From the NCBI GenBank assembly GCA_020047755.1, contig JAIFNL010000049.1, positions 1,726 to 65,725 on the forward strand: 64,000 bases of DNA. The letters are read 5' to 3'. Shown here in pieces: positions 18,017-27,062 of this stretch. The notes beneath the pieces are model-generated. The model was given only the letters and a program-made list of their open reading frames with translations, was not told the origin of the DNA and did not search any database. A program made the translations under genes and the position numbers. This DNA comes from Bacteroidota bacterium (GTDB lineage Bacteria > Bacteroidota > Bacteroidia > Bacteroidales > JAIFNL01). How positions within the stretch are numbered: the first letter of the stretch is position 1; each line of letters starts with the position of its first letter.

Positions 18017-18700
18017 ATGGACAATATTATTAAACTTTTTGAAGATTCGGTAGCTGATGAAATTTTTGGAAGTTTTGAACGCAAAAATATCAAACAACAA
18101 CTACAAGATAAAAATTTGAGCAAAAGAGAAATTGATTTTATACGAAGCAAAATTTTTGATATTGCTTTGGCAAAAGTCAATGCCACAAATAATAAAATGA
18201 TAGTAGAATGGCTCGAAAACGCAAATAAGGCACTCAACGGCTTAGAAAAAGAAGTTCAAAATGATATTGAAACGTTTTTTTCACCAGGAAGTGAATGCAA
18301 AGTTGCTATTATAGAAGCAATTAGCCAAGCCCAAAACAGCTTAGATGTGTGCGTGTTTACTATCAGCGACAACGAAATTAGTAATAAACTAATAGAAGCA
18401 CACAAACGAAAAGTGAAGGTAAGAATTTTAAGCGACAACGAAAAATTATTGGATAAAGGCTCTGATATACAATTACTTGCACAAGCAGGCATTCCTGTTA
18501 AAATAGATAACACCAGCAACCACATGCACCACAAATTTGCAATTATCGACAGTAAACTGGTGCTGACCGGAAGCTACAATTGGACTCGAAGTGCAGAGCT
18601 TTATAACCATGAAAATGTGATAGTTATAAATAATCAAAGCAATACAACTCTTTTTAAAAATCAATTTGAAAAACTTTGGAAAGAAATGAGTATTTTTTAA
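18017..18700 (+). CDS. Single-HKD phospholipase D-superfamily protein (Nuc/Zucchini-like nuclease type) with an ~85-aa N-terminal helical extension
   Basis: 227-aa ORF. HKD motif HMHHKFAIIDSKLVLTGSYNWTRSAE. The upstream PLD core is FFSPGSECKVAIIEAISQAQNSLDVCVFTISD. No signal peptide. A single HKD implies a homodimeric active site. Confidence 0.85.
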   Translation: MDNIIKLFEDSVADEIFGSFERKNIKQQLQDKNLSKREIDFIRSKIFDIALAKVNATNNKMIVEWLENANKALNGLEKEVQNDIETFFSPGSECKVAIIEAISQAQNSLDVCVFTISDNEISNKLIEAHKRKVKVRILSDNEKLLDKGSDIQLLAQAGIPVKIDNTSNHMHHKFAIIDSKLVLTGSYNWTRSAELYNHENVIVINNQSNTTLFKNQFEKLWKEMSIF

Positions 18701-18732
18701 TCTTTTCGCTAACTTTTTAAGAAAATTCTAAA

Positions 18733-18930
18733 ATGGGAAAAAAAAACGTATCGTACTCAGAATCAATGACTGAAATAGAAACAATTCTAACTGAAATAGA
18801 AAATGAAGAGATAGATGTGGACATTCTTTCGGAAAAAGTGAAAAGAGCAGCAGAATTAATTACAGCTTGCAAAGAAAAACTAACAACGACTGAAAAAGGA
18901 ATAGAGGAGATTTTAAAAACAATAAAATAA
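18733..18930 (+). CDS. xseB: Exodeoxyribonuclease VII small subunit
   Basis: 65-aa ORF. SYSESMTEIETILTEIENEEIDVDILSEKVKRAAELITACKEKL matches the XseB helical-hairpin pattern (sfEeam.eLE.iv..LE....sLdesl..ye.g..L...C...L). No xseA is adjacent. Confidence 0.85.
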   Translation: MGKKNVSYSESMTEIETILTEIENEEIDVDILSEKVKRAAELITACKEKLTTTEKGIEEILKTIK

Positions 18931-18999
18931 CTGATTTTCTGTATTTTATGCCAAATTAACTTCAAATGAAATCTATGAAAATTTTTAAATTAACAAATT

Positions 19000-19860
19000 A
19001 TGAACGACCCAAATTTCATTCTAAATATTTATAAAACTTCACTGAGTGATAGCGAATTTACAAAACTGAGCAAATTCATTTACGATAACTATGGAATAAA
19101 ACTTCCACTAGCAAAAAAAACGATGCTGCAAAGTAGATTGTTAAAACGACTTAGAACTCTTAAAATGAGTAGCTTTGGTGAATATATCAACTATTTATTT
19201 AGCTCTGAGGGTTTGCAAAACGAAGTTTTATACATGATTGATGAAGTTTCGACCAATAAAACCGATTTTTTTAGAGAAAATGCTCACTTTGAGTTTATGA
19301 CCAATGAATTACTTCCGCTCTTTATGAAAAGTAACATGAACAGTCTAAATGTTTGGAGTTCAGCAGCTTCTAGTGGTGAAGAAGTTTATACTTTAGCCAT
19401 GGTTTTGTCTGAGTTTAAAGACAGAAATCCATTGCTCAATTTTAATATTTTAGGTACTGACATCTCAAAAACAATGCTTTCGAAAGCAATTACTGCTATT
19501 TACTCGGAAAATGCAATTGTGCCAATTCCTATGCACCTGAAAAAAAAATATTTTTTAAGAAGCAAAGATAGAGATGCTAAAACAGTACGAGTTGTGCAAA
19601 GTTTACGCGACAAAACTAGTTTTCAACTACTTAATCTGATGAATAAGAATTATGAAACAAAAATACCAAGTTTTGATATTATTTTTTGCCGCAACGTACT
19701 GATTTATTTCGACCGCGAAACTCAAGAAAAAGTACTTAACCGACTGATTGATAAACTTAAACCCAACGGCTTTTTGTTTCTTGGGCATTCGGAATCGGTA
19801 ACTAACATGAAACTTAATGTGAAACAAGTAAAGCCAACTATCTTTATGAAAGCACATTAA
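19000..19860 (+). CDS. cheR: CheR-type protein-glutamate O-methyltransferase
   Basis: 286-aa ORF. N-terminal CheR helical domain (FTKLSKFIYDNYGIKLPLAKKTMLQSRLLKRL). TDFFRE motif. SAM-binding core VWSSAASSGEEVYTLAMVL ... DIIFCRNVLIYF ... FLFLGHSE. Confidence 0.9.
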   Translation: MNDPNFILNIYKTSLSDSEFTKLSKFIYDNYGIKLPLAKKTMLQSRLLKRLRTLKMSSFGEYINYLFSSEGLQNEVLYMIDEVSTNKTDFFRENAHFEFMTNELLPLFMKSNMNSLNVWSSAASSGEEVYTLAMVLSEFKDRNPLLNFNILGTDISKTMLSKAITAIYSENAIVPIPMHLKKKYFLRSKDRDAKTVRVVQSLRDKTSFQLLNLMNKNYETKIPSFDIIFCRNVLIYFDRETQEKVLNRLIDKLKPNGFLFLGHSESVTNMKLNVKQVKPTIFMKAH

Positions 19861-19949
19861 CACAATTTTTTAATCTAAAAAGGGAATCATAAGAAAGATT
19901 TAAAGCGAAGATATTTTTTTTCTAAAAAAAAGACTAAAACAAAACAAAT

Positions 19950-20849
19950 ATGTCAAAACTTACAGATAAAGAGCTAATTCAAGAGCTTGAAAATAGATTT
20001 ACTGAAAATGAAAAAGCGCTTAGCGAATTGCAAAAACTTACCGAAGAGCTTAAAGAGGTAAACGTGAAACTGGAAGAATCGGAAGCAATCAAAACCCATT
20101 TTTTATCGCACATAAGAAATGAAATTATCAATCCGCTATCGTCAATAATAGGAATTTCGAAAAATATATCACAATTGCCAAAAGACAAGTTGTATAAAAT
20201 AATTAACTTCTCCGAAATAATTCACAACGAAGCCTTTGAACTAGACCAACAATTGCGAAATATTTTTGCTGCTGCCGAAATTGAAGCAGGTGATACAAAT
20301 CCCGATTTTTCATTCATCAACATAGAAGAACTTATAAATGAAGAAATTGAAAATTATCAATCGAAGCTAATTGAAAAAAAACTAAAAACTGAATTGAAAT
20401 TTGAAAATTTCACAGCCCAAAACAACCGACAGTTGAGCGATGAAGCCAAATTGCGCTTAATTTTTTCAAATATTCTACGAAATGCAATTAAATTTAGCAA
20501 AGAATACAACCGAATTGTTATAAAAATAAGCATTTCGAACTCAGAACTTAGCATGTCTGTTCAAGATTTTGGAATTGGTATTTCGAAAGAATACATTTCG
20601 GTAATCTTTGATAGATTCAAAAAAATAGACAATTCGATAAATTCAATCAATCGTGGACATGGATTGGGACTGTCTATTGCGTTGGCTTACGTTAACCTGC
20701 TCAATGGAAAAATAAAAGTAGAATCGGAACTTGACAAAGGCGCAACCTTTACAATTACTCTGCCAATTATTCAAAAAGAAAACATAGAAAGCACAAACGC
20801 TATCTTAGATGAATTTCTTTTTGACGATGAAACCGAAGAAATTTTCTAA
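19950..20849 (+). CDS. Soluble histidine kinase (coiled coil + HisKA + HATPase_c) with no recognisable sensor or TM domain
   Basis: 299-aa ORF. ~45-aa N-terminal coiled coil. H-box THFLSHIRNEIINPLSSIIG, N-box LIFSNILRNAIKFS, G1 VQDFGIGI, G2 GHGLGLSIA. No hydrophobic segments. Confidence 0.9.
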   Translation: MSKLTDKELIQELENRFTENEKALSELQKLTEELKEVNVKLEESEAIKTHFLSHIRNEIINPLSSIIGISKNISQLPKDKLYKIINFSEIIHNEAFELDQQLRNIFAAAEIEAGDTNPDFSFINIEELINEEIENYQSKLIEKKLKTELKFENFTAQNNRQLSDEAKLRLIFSNILRNAIKFSKEYNRIVIKISISNSELSMSVQDFGIGISKEYISVIFDRFKKIDNSINSINRGHGLGLSIALAYVNLLNGKIKVESELDKGATFTITLPIIQKENIESTNAILDEFLFDDETEEIF

Positions 20850-20853
20850 AATT

Positions 20854-21336
20854 ATGCTCAACAACGAACCAATTTCCTATTTTTTATTTCCATCAAACCT
20901 CCATGTTAGCAAGGAAGAAACTAATATTCTAACAATTTTAGGTTCTTGCATTGCTGTTTGCATTTGGGATCCCATTACGCAAATTGGAGGCATGAACCAT
21001 TATATGCTACCTTTGTGGAATGGAAAAGGCTTAGCCTCGCCCAAATATGGAAATATTGCAATAAAAAGATTAATTGAAAAACTTGAAAACCAAGGAGTTA
21101 AAAGAACAAATATGCAAGCAAAAGTTTTTGGCGGTGGCGAAGTATTAGAAACTGAAAGTAATAGCTTTATCATTGGAAAAAGAAATGCCGCAATTGCTTT
21201 TGAAATGCTCAGCGAATACAAAATTCCTGTAATGAGTTCTAACACTGAAGGAAAGCTCGGAAGGAAAATAATTTTCAATACAAAAACCGGAAAAGTAAAA
21301 CTTCATTATATCAACCAAACAAACGGTAAAAAATGA
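20854..21336 (+). CDS. cheD: CheD chemoreceptor glutamine deamidase/glutamate methylesterase
   Basis: The ORF track opens at 20809, overlapping the kinase gene by 41 nt. I prefer ATG 20854 (MLNNEP...), 5 nt after the kinase stop, which gives ~160 aa. ATG 20827 is also possible. CheD motifs present: ILGSCIAVCIWDP, IGGMNHYMLP, AKVFGGG, IGKRN, GKLGRKIIFNTKTGKV. Confidence 0.85.
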   Translation: MLNNEPISYFLFPSNLHVSKEETNILTILGSCIAVCIWDPITQIGGMNHYMLPLWNGKGLASPKYGNIAIKRLIEKLENQGVKRTNMQAKVFGGGEVLETESNSFIIGKRNAAIAFEMLSEYKIPVMSSNTEGKLGRKIIFNTKTGKVKLHYINQTNGKK

Positions 21337-22361
21337 GAAGCTCACAAATTACCATAAAAGATATTGCCAAAGAATTGAAAATCTCGGCTTCCACGGTTTC
21401 GCGTGCGCTAAAAAATCACCCCAGCATTAGCGAAAAAACGAAGAAAGATGTTTTGGAATTAGCAAAAAAATTGAAGTACAAACCCAACACTATTGCACTG
21501 AGCCTCAGGAGCAGTAGAAGCAAAACATTGGGAGTAATTGTACCAGAAATAGTACACCATTTTTTTTCATCGGTCATTAGCGGAATCGATGATGTGGCTT
21601 TCAAAGCTGGATATCACATCATGATTAGCCAATCCAACGACGATTATTTGCGCGAAGTTAGAGGAGCTGAAACTCTTTTAGCGGCAAGAGTTGATGGTAT
21701 TTTATGCTCACTGGCAAAAGAAACTCGGAAAAATGACCACTTTAAAAACCTGCAAGACAACGGAATACCTATTGTATTTTTCGACCGAATTTGCAAATCG
21801 CTCGAAACAGACCGAGTAATTGTTGATGACAAAAAAGGAGCATTTTTAGCAACCGAACACCTGATTTTGAACGGCTGCAAGCGAATAGCTCATTACAGTG
21901 CACCACAAAATTTAGCCATTGGGCGCGATAGATTCATTGGCTATTTGGAAGCTCTCGAAAAATACGGTATCCCCTACGAAAAAGAATTGGTAGTACAATG
22001 CGACCAGCACGAGCAAGCGCTAATTGTAACACATTCAATGCTTTCGATGAAAAATCCACCCGATGGAATTTTTGCAGTAAACGATGCTACTGCTGCCGGA
22101 GCTATGATAAGTATCAAGAATAAAGGACTTTCCATTCCTAAAGACGTAGCTGTAATTGGTTTTAGCGACGGAATTATTTCCAAAATTATAGAACCAAACC
22201 TTTCGTCGATAGAGCAGCATGGATACGAAATGGGCTGCAAAGCTGCCGAAGTACTAATTAATAGGCTCGAAGGAAATATTGAAAATTATGCTCCTCAAAC
22301 GTATATGATTAATACAGAGCTAATTGTAAGAGCATCGAGTTTAAAAAACGATGTAAAATAA
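21333..22361 (+). CDS. LacI-family transcriptional regulator
   Basis: 342-aa ORF. N-terminal HTH ITIKDIAKELKISASTVSRALKNHPSISEKTKKDVLELAKKLKYKPN, then a periplasmic-binding-protein-like sugar-binding fold (LGVIVPEI..., IVFFDR, FAVNDATAAGAM). Its start overlaps the cheD stop as ATGA. Confidence 0.9.
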   Translation: MRSSQITIKDIAKELKISASTVSRALKNHPSISEKTKKDVLELAKKLKYKPNTIALSLRSSRSKTLGVIVPEIVHHFFSSVISGIDDVAFKAGYHIMISQSNDDYLREVRGAETLLAARVDGILCSLAKETRKNDHFKNLQDNGIPIVFFDRICKSLETDRVIVDDKKGAFLATEHLILNGCKRIAHYSAPQNLAIGRDRFIGYLEALEKYGIPYEKELVVQCDQHEQALIVTHSMLSMKNPPDGIFAVNDATAAGAMISIKNKGLSIPKDVAVIGFSDGIISKIIEPNLSSIEQHGYEMGCKAAEVLINRLEGNIENYAPQTYMINTELIVRASSLKNDVK

Positions 22362-22397
22362 TCTATTCAAAAAAAAATAGAATAAGTAATAAAATTT

Positions 22398-23210
22398 ATG
22401 CAAAAAACACTAATTTACATATTTAATTCATTGATAATAAGCTTTTTAGTTTTAACCTCGTGCATCAAAAATAGCGAAGTTGATAATGAAATAGCCATGC
22501 TAAAAAATAAAATAAAGAAGGATAGCCTAAATTTGCTTGAAATGAATAATTTGATATACAAAACTGAGTATATTTTTGATTCTATAAGCCTAGAAGACAA
22601 AGAATTAGCTTCAATATCCAAAACAAAAAAAACGTTTGCACTCACTAAAATAAAACACTTGAACAATATGCTCAAAGATAAGCAAATTGAACTTCATCTA
22701 TTTGAAAACGAACTAAATACACAAAACTCGGCACTGCCCAGAATATATATAAGCGAGCTAAACACCCGAATAACTAAAAAAACAAATTATTACAATGACC
22801 TATTAAAAGAAATAGAATTGCAAAAAAACGAAACAATCTATTTGAGTGAATTAATAAAAGAAAAAGATGAGAAATTTATTTCTAACAATAATGTAATTAA
22901 TGAGTTAGAAGAAAAATATTTCGCACAAAACTTAAAGCTGGAAAAACTAAAAGCCCAAATTATTGAAACCGAAAAGCAAGTAACAAAAGCAAAGCAAACA
23001 ACAGCCCAAACTTACTACGACTTGTCTAACGATTTAAAAGATTTAGCTGACAAAACAAGTGGTATTTTAGCAAAAAAAAAGAAAAAAAATTTGCTTCAGC
23101 TTGCTTATCAATATTATACAAAAGCCTACGAATTTGGTTTTGGCAAAGCAAAACTTAAAATGGAATTGATGGAAAACGATAAAAAATATAGCAAATATTT
23201 AGAGAACTAA
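22398..23210 (+). CDS. Coiled-coil lipoprotein, function unknown
   Basis: 270-aa ORF. Signal peptide plus lipobox (FLVLTSC). The rest is K/E/L/N-rich heptad-like sequence. Confidence 0.55.
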   Translation: MQKTLIYIFNSLIISFLVLTSCIKNSEVDNEIAMLKNKIKKDSLNLLEMNNLIYKTEYIFDSISLEDKELASISKTKKTFALTKIKHLNNMLKDKQIELHLFENELNTQNSALPRIYISELNTRITKKTNYYNDLLKEIELQKNETIYLSELIKEKDEKFISNNNVINELEEKYFAQNLKLEKLKAQIIETEKQVTKAKQTTAQTYYDLSNDLKDLADKTSGILAKKKKKNLLQLAYQYYTKAYEFGFGKAKLKMELMENDKKYSKYLEN

Positions 23211-23267
23211 AAACAAACTGTTTTTTTTTGAAAAATAAAACAACTCTATAATAAAAAAATTAAAACC

Positions 23268-23828
23268 ATGATATTTATATATTCAATTTTAATAATCAGC
23301 CTCTTAACTATAATAATTATTGCAATTTATTACAACAAATTTGTTCGTAATAAAAACAAAACCAGCGAAGCTTGGAGTGGAATAGAAGTGCAATTGAAAC
23401 GACGTTATAGTCTCATTCCCAATTTATTAAGTACTGTAAAAGCCATTGCTACGCACGAAGAATCCATAATTGATTCGATTGCTAAATATAGAGAGCAAGG
23501 AATTGAAGCACAAGGAGTTGAAATGCAAGCCAAAGCAGAAAATAAACTATCAAATTCGATGCAGCAAATACTTGAACTTGCAAGCAAATATCCTGATTTG
23601 CAAGCAAATAAAAACTTTCTCGACTTTCAAAACGCCTTGGAAGATATCGAAAAACAAATTCAGCTTGCACGCCGCTATTACAATGCCGTAGTGCGCGACA
23701 GCAATAATGCAATAGAAAGTTTTCCAGGAATAATTTTTGCCAATTTTTTAGGTTTTCAAACTTTCCAATTTTTTGAGGTAGAAAATTATGACCAAGTAAA
23801 AGAAAACCCTGAAGCCAATTTTAAATAG
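23268..23828 (+). CDS. lemA: LemA-family membrane protein
   Basis: 186-aa ORF. N-terminal TM helix followed by the LemA signature WSGIEVQLKRRYSLIPNLLSTVKAIATHEE ... ARRYYNAVVRDSNNAIESFPGIIFANFLGF. Confidence 0.9.
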   Translation: MIFIYSILIISLLTIIIIAIYYNKFVRNKNKTSEAWSGIEVQLKRRYSLIPNLLSTVKAIATHEESIIDSIAKYREQGIEAQGVEMQAKAENKLSNSMQQILELASKYPDLQANKNFLDFQNALEDIEKQIQLARRYYNAVVRDSNNAIESFPGIIFANFLGFQTFQFFEVENYDQVKENPEANFK

Positions 23829-23839
23829 TGTCTGAAAAA

Positions 23840-26803
23840 ATGAAACACACAATTGCAATCTTCATAAGTTTAATACTCAATTTTTCTGCCATTGCAGAAG
23901 ATTTTTACATAGAAAATTTTCATGTAAAAATTGAAATTCTGCCTGACGGAAGTATGGAAATTACCGAAAAAATAAACGTAAACTTTACAGCTGCAAGACG
24001 CGGAATACTCAGAACAATTCCTTTTCAATACCACATTTCGTACCTTCCCGACTCGCTCAAATCGTTTAGAGCTGAGCCAACTAGCTCCTATTTTATCAAA
24101 ATTTACGACCTTTCGGTAGAAAATCGACAATTCGCTACAACTGAAAATTACAATAATTTAGAAATTAAAATTGGTTCGCCCAATAAATTAGTCAACGGAA
24201 AACAAGAATATATCATTCACTACAAAGTTTCAGGCATTGTAAATCCATTCAGTTTATACGACGAAATTACGTGGAATATAATTGGAAATGAATGGAATGT
24301 GCCAATAAATAAGGTCAATTTCGAAATACATTTGAAAAAAGCATACGCATTAAAAAAATCTGATATTCAAATAGTTACAGGAGAGAAGGGGCAGCAAAAT
24401 CACGATGCAATTTATACACTAAATCCATCGCAGTTAATTGGAGAAAGCACTAAAATACTAAATCCCAACGAAGGTATTTCAATAGCCTTGAAATTTCAAA
24501 AAAAATATTTGCAAACTGCTTATAAAATTGAAAAAATTAAAAGTTTTGTAAAGATAAATCACAATGGCTCATGCAATTTTGTCGATTCAATTGAAGTAAA
24601 TTTTAATAATTTCCAAAATGGATTTATTTATGAAATTCCTAAATTTATAACGATTGAAAACGGAAAACAGCAAGAAATCTTCTTGAAATTCAATACTCAA
24701 AAAAATAAATTTAAAGTAACAATAAAAGAAAAAGGCGATTTTTATCAATTTCATATTGGTTCGGCAAGCAATAGTCCAATGCTTAACGGCAAGCAAATCA
24801 TTGAATTACAATATCAAACATGGGGCAGTTTATACAAACAAAAGAATAAAAATTTTTTTGCATGGAATTTTTTTACTCAAAGTAACGAAAATTACCCGTT
24901 CGATGCCCATTTTTCGATAAAAACCGACAAAAGCGTAAATTTAGAACAATCAAAAAATTTAAAGAATTCAAAAACAAAACTAATTGCTTCAAAAAATAAA
25001 ATAGACGCTAACTTTCTGAAAACAAACAAACCAGAAGAAATTTTACTCCAATTGCCCGAAAATACAATTGGAAACTTACCTGATTCTGAAATAATTAAAT
25101 CTGCTACTAATTATTATATCGACAATATAAATGTAAACATTAAAATAGATAATGACAAACTTATTCATTTCAACGAAAAAATTGAAATCAATTTTTTCGA
25201 AAATTATAAAAAGAAACAGCCTTTCCCACTTGTTTACAATTTGTATAGAAAAATATATTACTTTGATTTTCAGCATTTTGAAAGTAGAACAATTCGTACT
25301 AATCGGCAAAGTTTTTTCAGCGATGTTTACAAACCTTACTACTCAAATATCGAGTTTTCTCCCAATACGTTTGTAAACAATTTTGCCAGCGAGCAACAGT
25401 ACACTTGGTACTCAGAACTTGAAAATCAGAACAATGCAACCATGAACATCAAATACAGTGTTTACGACATTACCACTAGCACCGATTCGGGAATTATTGT
25501 ACACATTCCTATTTTAACAAACACTTGCGAACCTATTAAAGAAACTTTTTGCAGCATTGAACTGCCAAAACCCATTGAAAACGAGCAAATTAATTGCTAT
25601 ATTACTTACAACGACAGCCTAAGCAAAAAAATCCCATTTAGCATTGAAAAAAATAAAATTAGCCTAAAATTAGGATTGATAAATGCAGCACAAACACCTT
25701 TTGCCATTGCTATCCGCTTTCCAGAAAGCGTATTTACAAATATCTCTGTATCAAGCGAAATAAATCTTTTTCTAATCAATAACTCCACGCTGCTAATTCC
25801 GGTTTTTGTATTTTTTGTACTTCTAATTATTTGGTTATTAATAGGTAAAGAAATTGAAACCACACTTGTAGTACAATACCATGCACCAGAAAATGTAACA
25901 CCAGCAGAAGCAGGTTTGCTTTGGGATAATAAATTGCACAAACGCGATTTAATTGCGTTATTTTATTATTGGGCTGCAAAAAACTACATAACAATCATCG
26001 ATGATGGGCACGAAATTTCATTCAAATTGCTAAAAAATCTACCAAAAACAGCAAAAAATTTCGAAAAAACAATTTTTAATAGTATTTTTTATGGAAAAAA
26101 AGAAACCGAAATTGTGCAACTCAGCCAATTTAAAGGCAAATTTGCAAGTAAATTGCAAAAAGCTTTTAAACAGATGGTTAGACATGCAAAAACAAATAAT
26201 TTCTACACCCCGGGCACTTATGGCTTTGGACAATTTTTAGTAGTACTTTCCATCGTTACTTTGATAAGCTCAGGAATTGTATTTTTAAACGAATTTAGAT
26301 TCAACCAATTGTTTATTAGCTTATTATCAAGTTCAATCATCGTATTTTTCTTTGGAAAAATAATGCCAAAAAGAGCTCACTTTGGAAATAAAATTTATAA
26401 ACATTTAATCGGATTTGCTGAATTTATTGAAATAGCTGAAAAAGAAAGACTAGAGACTTTAATAAGCAAAAATGAGAATTATTTTTCGGAAACTATCGCC
26501 TTTGCTATCATTATGGGGAAAGGCAAAATTTGGTCTGAAAAATTTAATGAATTAACTATCAATAAACCAATAGATTACGGAAAAAATAACCTTCCACTTT
26601 CTACTAGTGAATTTGCAAAAAAAACGCTAAATACCATGCATAAAATAGAACAAGTATTGAATTACAATGCTTCAAACTCTTGGAAAAGAAGTACTTGGAA
26701 TAATTCGAGTAGAGCATCATGGTCTGGTGGAAGTAGCTTTAGAAGTAGCACAAGCTTCAGAAGTGGCGGTGGGTTTGGCGGTGGCGGTGGCTCAAGCTGG
26801 TAA
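23840..26803 (+). CDS. DUF2207-family membrane protein, unusually long, with three N-terminal DUF2207-like modules and a Gly-rich tail
   Basis: The ORF track starts at GTG 23828, overlapping the lemA stop. ATG 23840 (MKHTIAIFISLILNFSAIA, a signal peptide) is more plausible. The module-starting pattern recurs three times: FYIENFHVKIEILPDGSMEITEKINVNFTAARRGILRTIP; YKIEKIKSFVKINHNGSCNFVDSIEVNFNNFQNGFIYEIP; YYIDNINVNIKIDNDKLIHFNEKIEINFFENYKK. TM helices lie near LLIPVFVFFVLLIIWLLIG and later. C-terminal tail is SGGGFGGGGGSSW. The LemA+DUF2207 pairing is a well-known conserved neighbourhood. Confidence 0.8.
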   Translation: MKHTIAIFISLILNFSAIAEDFYIENFHVKIEILPDGSMEITEKINVNFTAARRGILRTIPFQYHISYLPDSLKSFRAEPTSSYFIKIYDLSVENRQFATTENYNNLEIKIGSPNKLVNGKQEYIIHYKVSGIVNPFSLYDEITWNIIGNEWNVPINKVNFEIHLKKAYALKKSDIQIVTGEKGQQNHDAIYTLNPSQLIGESTKILNPNEGISIALKFQKKYLQTAYKIEKIKSFVKINHNGSCNFVDSIEVNFNNFQNGFIYEIPKFITIENGKQQEIFLKFNTQKNKFKVTIKEKGDFYQFHIGSASNSPMLNGKQIIELQYQTWGSLYKQKNKNFFAWNFFTQSNENYPFDAHFSIKTDKSVNLEQSKNLKNSKTKLIASKNKIDANFLKTNKPEEILLQLPENTIGNLPDSEIIKSATNYYIDNINVNIKIDNDKLIHFNEKIEINFFENYKKKQPFPLVYNLYRKIYYFDFQHFESRTIRTNRQSFFSDVYKPYYSNIEFSPNTFVNNFASEQQYTWYSELENQNNATMNIKYSVYDITTSTDSGIIVHIPILTNTCEPIKETFCSIELPKPIENEQINCYITYNDSLSKKIPFSIEKNKISLKLGLINAAQTPFAIAIRFPESVFTNISVSSEINLFLINNSTLLIPVFVFFVLLIIWLLIGKEIETTLVVQYHAPENVTPAEAGLLWDNKLHKRDLIALFYYWAAKNYITIIDDGHEISFKLLKNLPKTAKNFEKTIFNSIFYGKKETEIVQLSQFKGKFASKLQKAFKQMVRHAKTNNFYTPGTYGFGQFLVVLSIVTLISSGIVFLNEFRFNQLFISLLSSSIIVFFFGKIMPKRAHFGNKIYKHLIGFAEFIEIAEKERLETLISKNENYFSETIAFAIIMGKGKIWSEKFNELTINKPIDYGKNNLPLSTSEFAKKTLNTMHKIEQVLNYNASNSWKRSTWNNSSRASWSGGSSFRSSTSFRSGGGFGGGGGSSW

Positions 26804-26992
26804 GATTTTAAAACAATTAACTTCTTAAAAAAACGACTCACAATATTATTTCCATCTAAAGTAGTTTACATCTAAACTCATTCCAAAACACACACCAAAA
26901 TACAACTAAAAATAAGCATAAATAATAGGTAATTAATATTTTAAAATAAAATCCCTGGTATTTAAAGCCAATATTCCGTACTATTTATGAAC

Positions 26993-27062
26993 TTTGTGTG
27001 CGTGCTGGTTTTTGTTTGGTTTACAAATGTGTTTGTGTGCGTGCCGGTTTTTGTTTGGTTTA
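26993..27062. repeat. Two copies of a 31-bp direct repeat (39-bp period) in a gene-free convergent spacer
   Basis: TTTGTGTGCGTGCTGGTTTTTGTTTGGTTTA at 26993-27023 and TTTGTGTGCGTGCCGGTTTTTGTTTGGTTTA at 27032-27062. They differ by one T/C and are separated by CAAATGTG. The second copy runs into TATTTTTG (27061-27068), a TAnnTTTG match. Confidence 0.8.
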
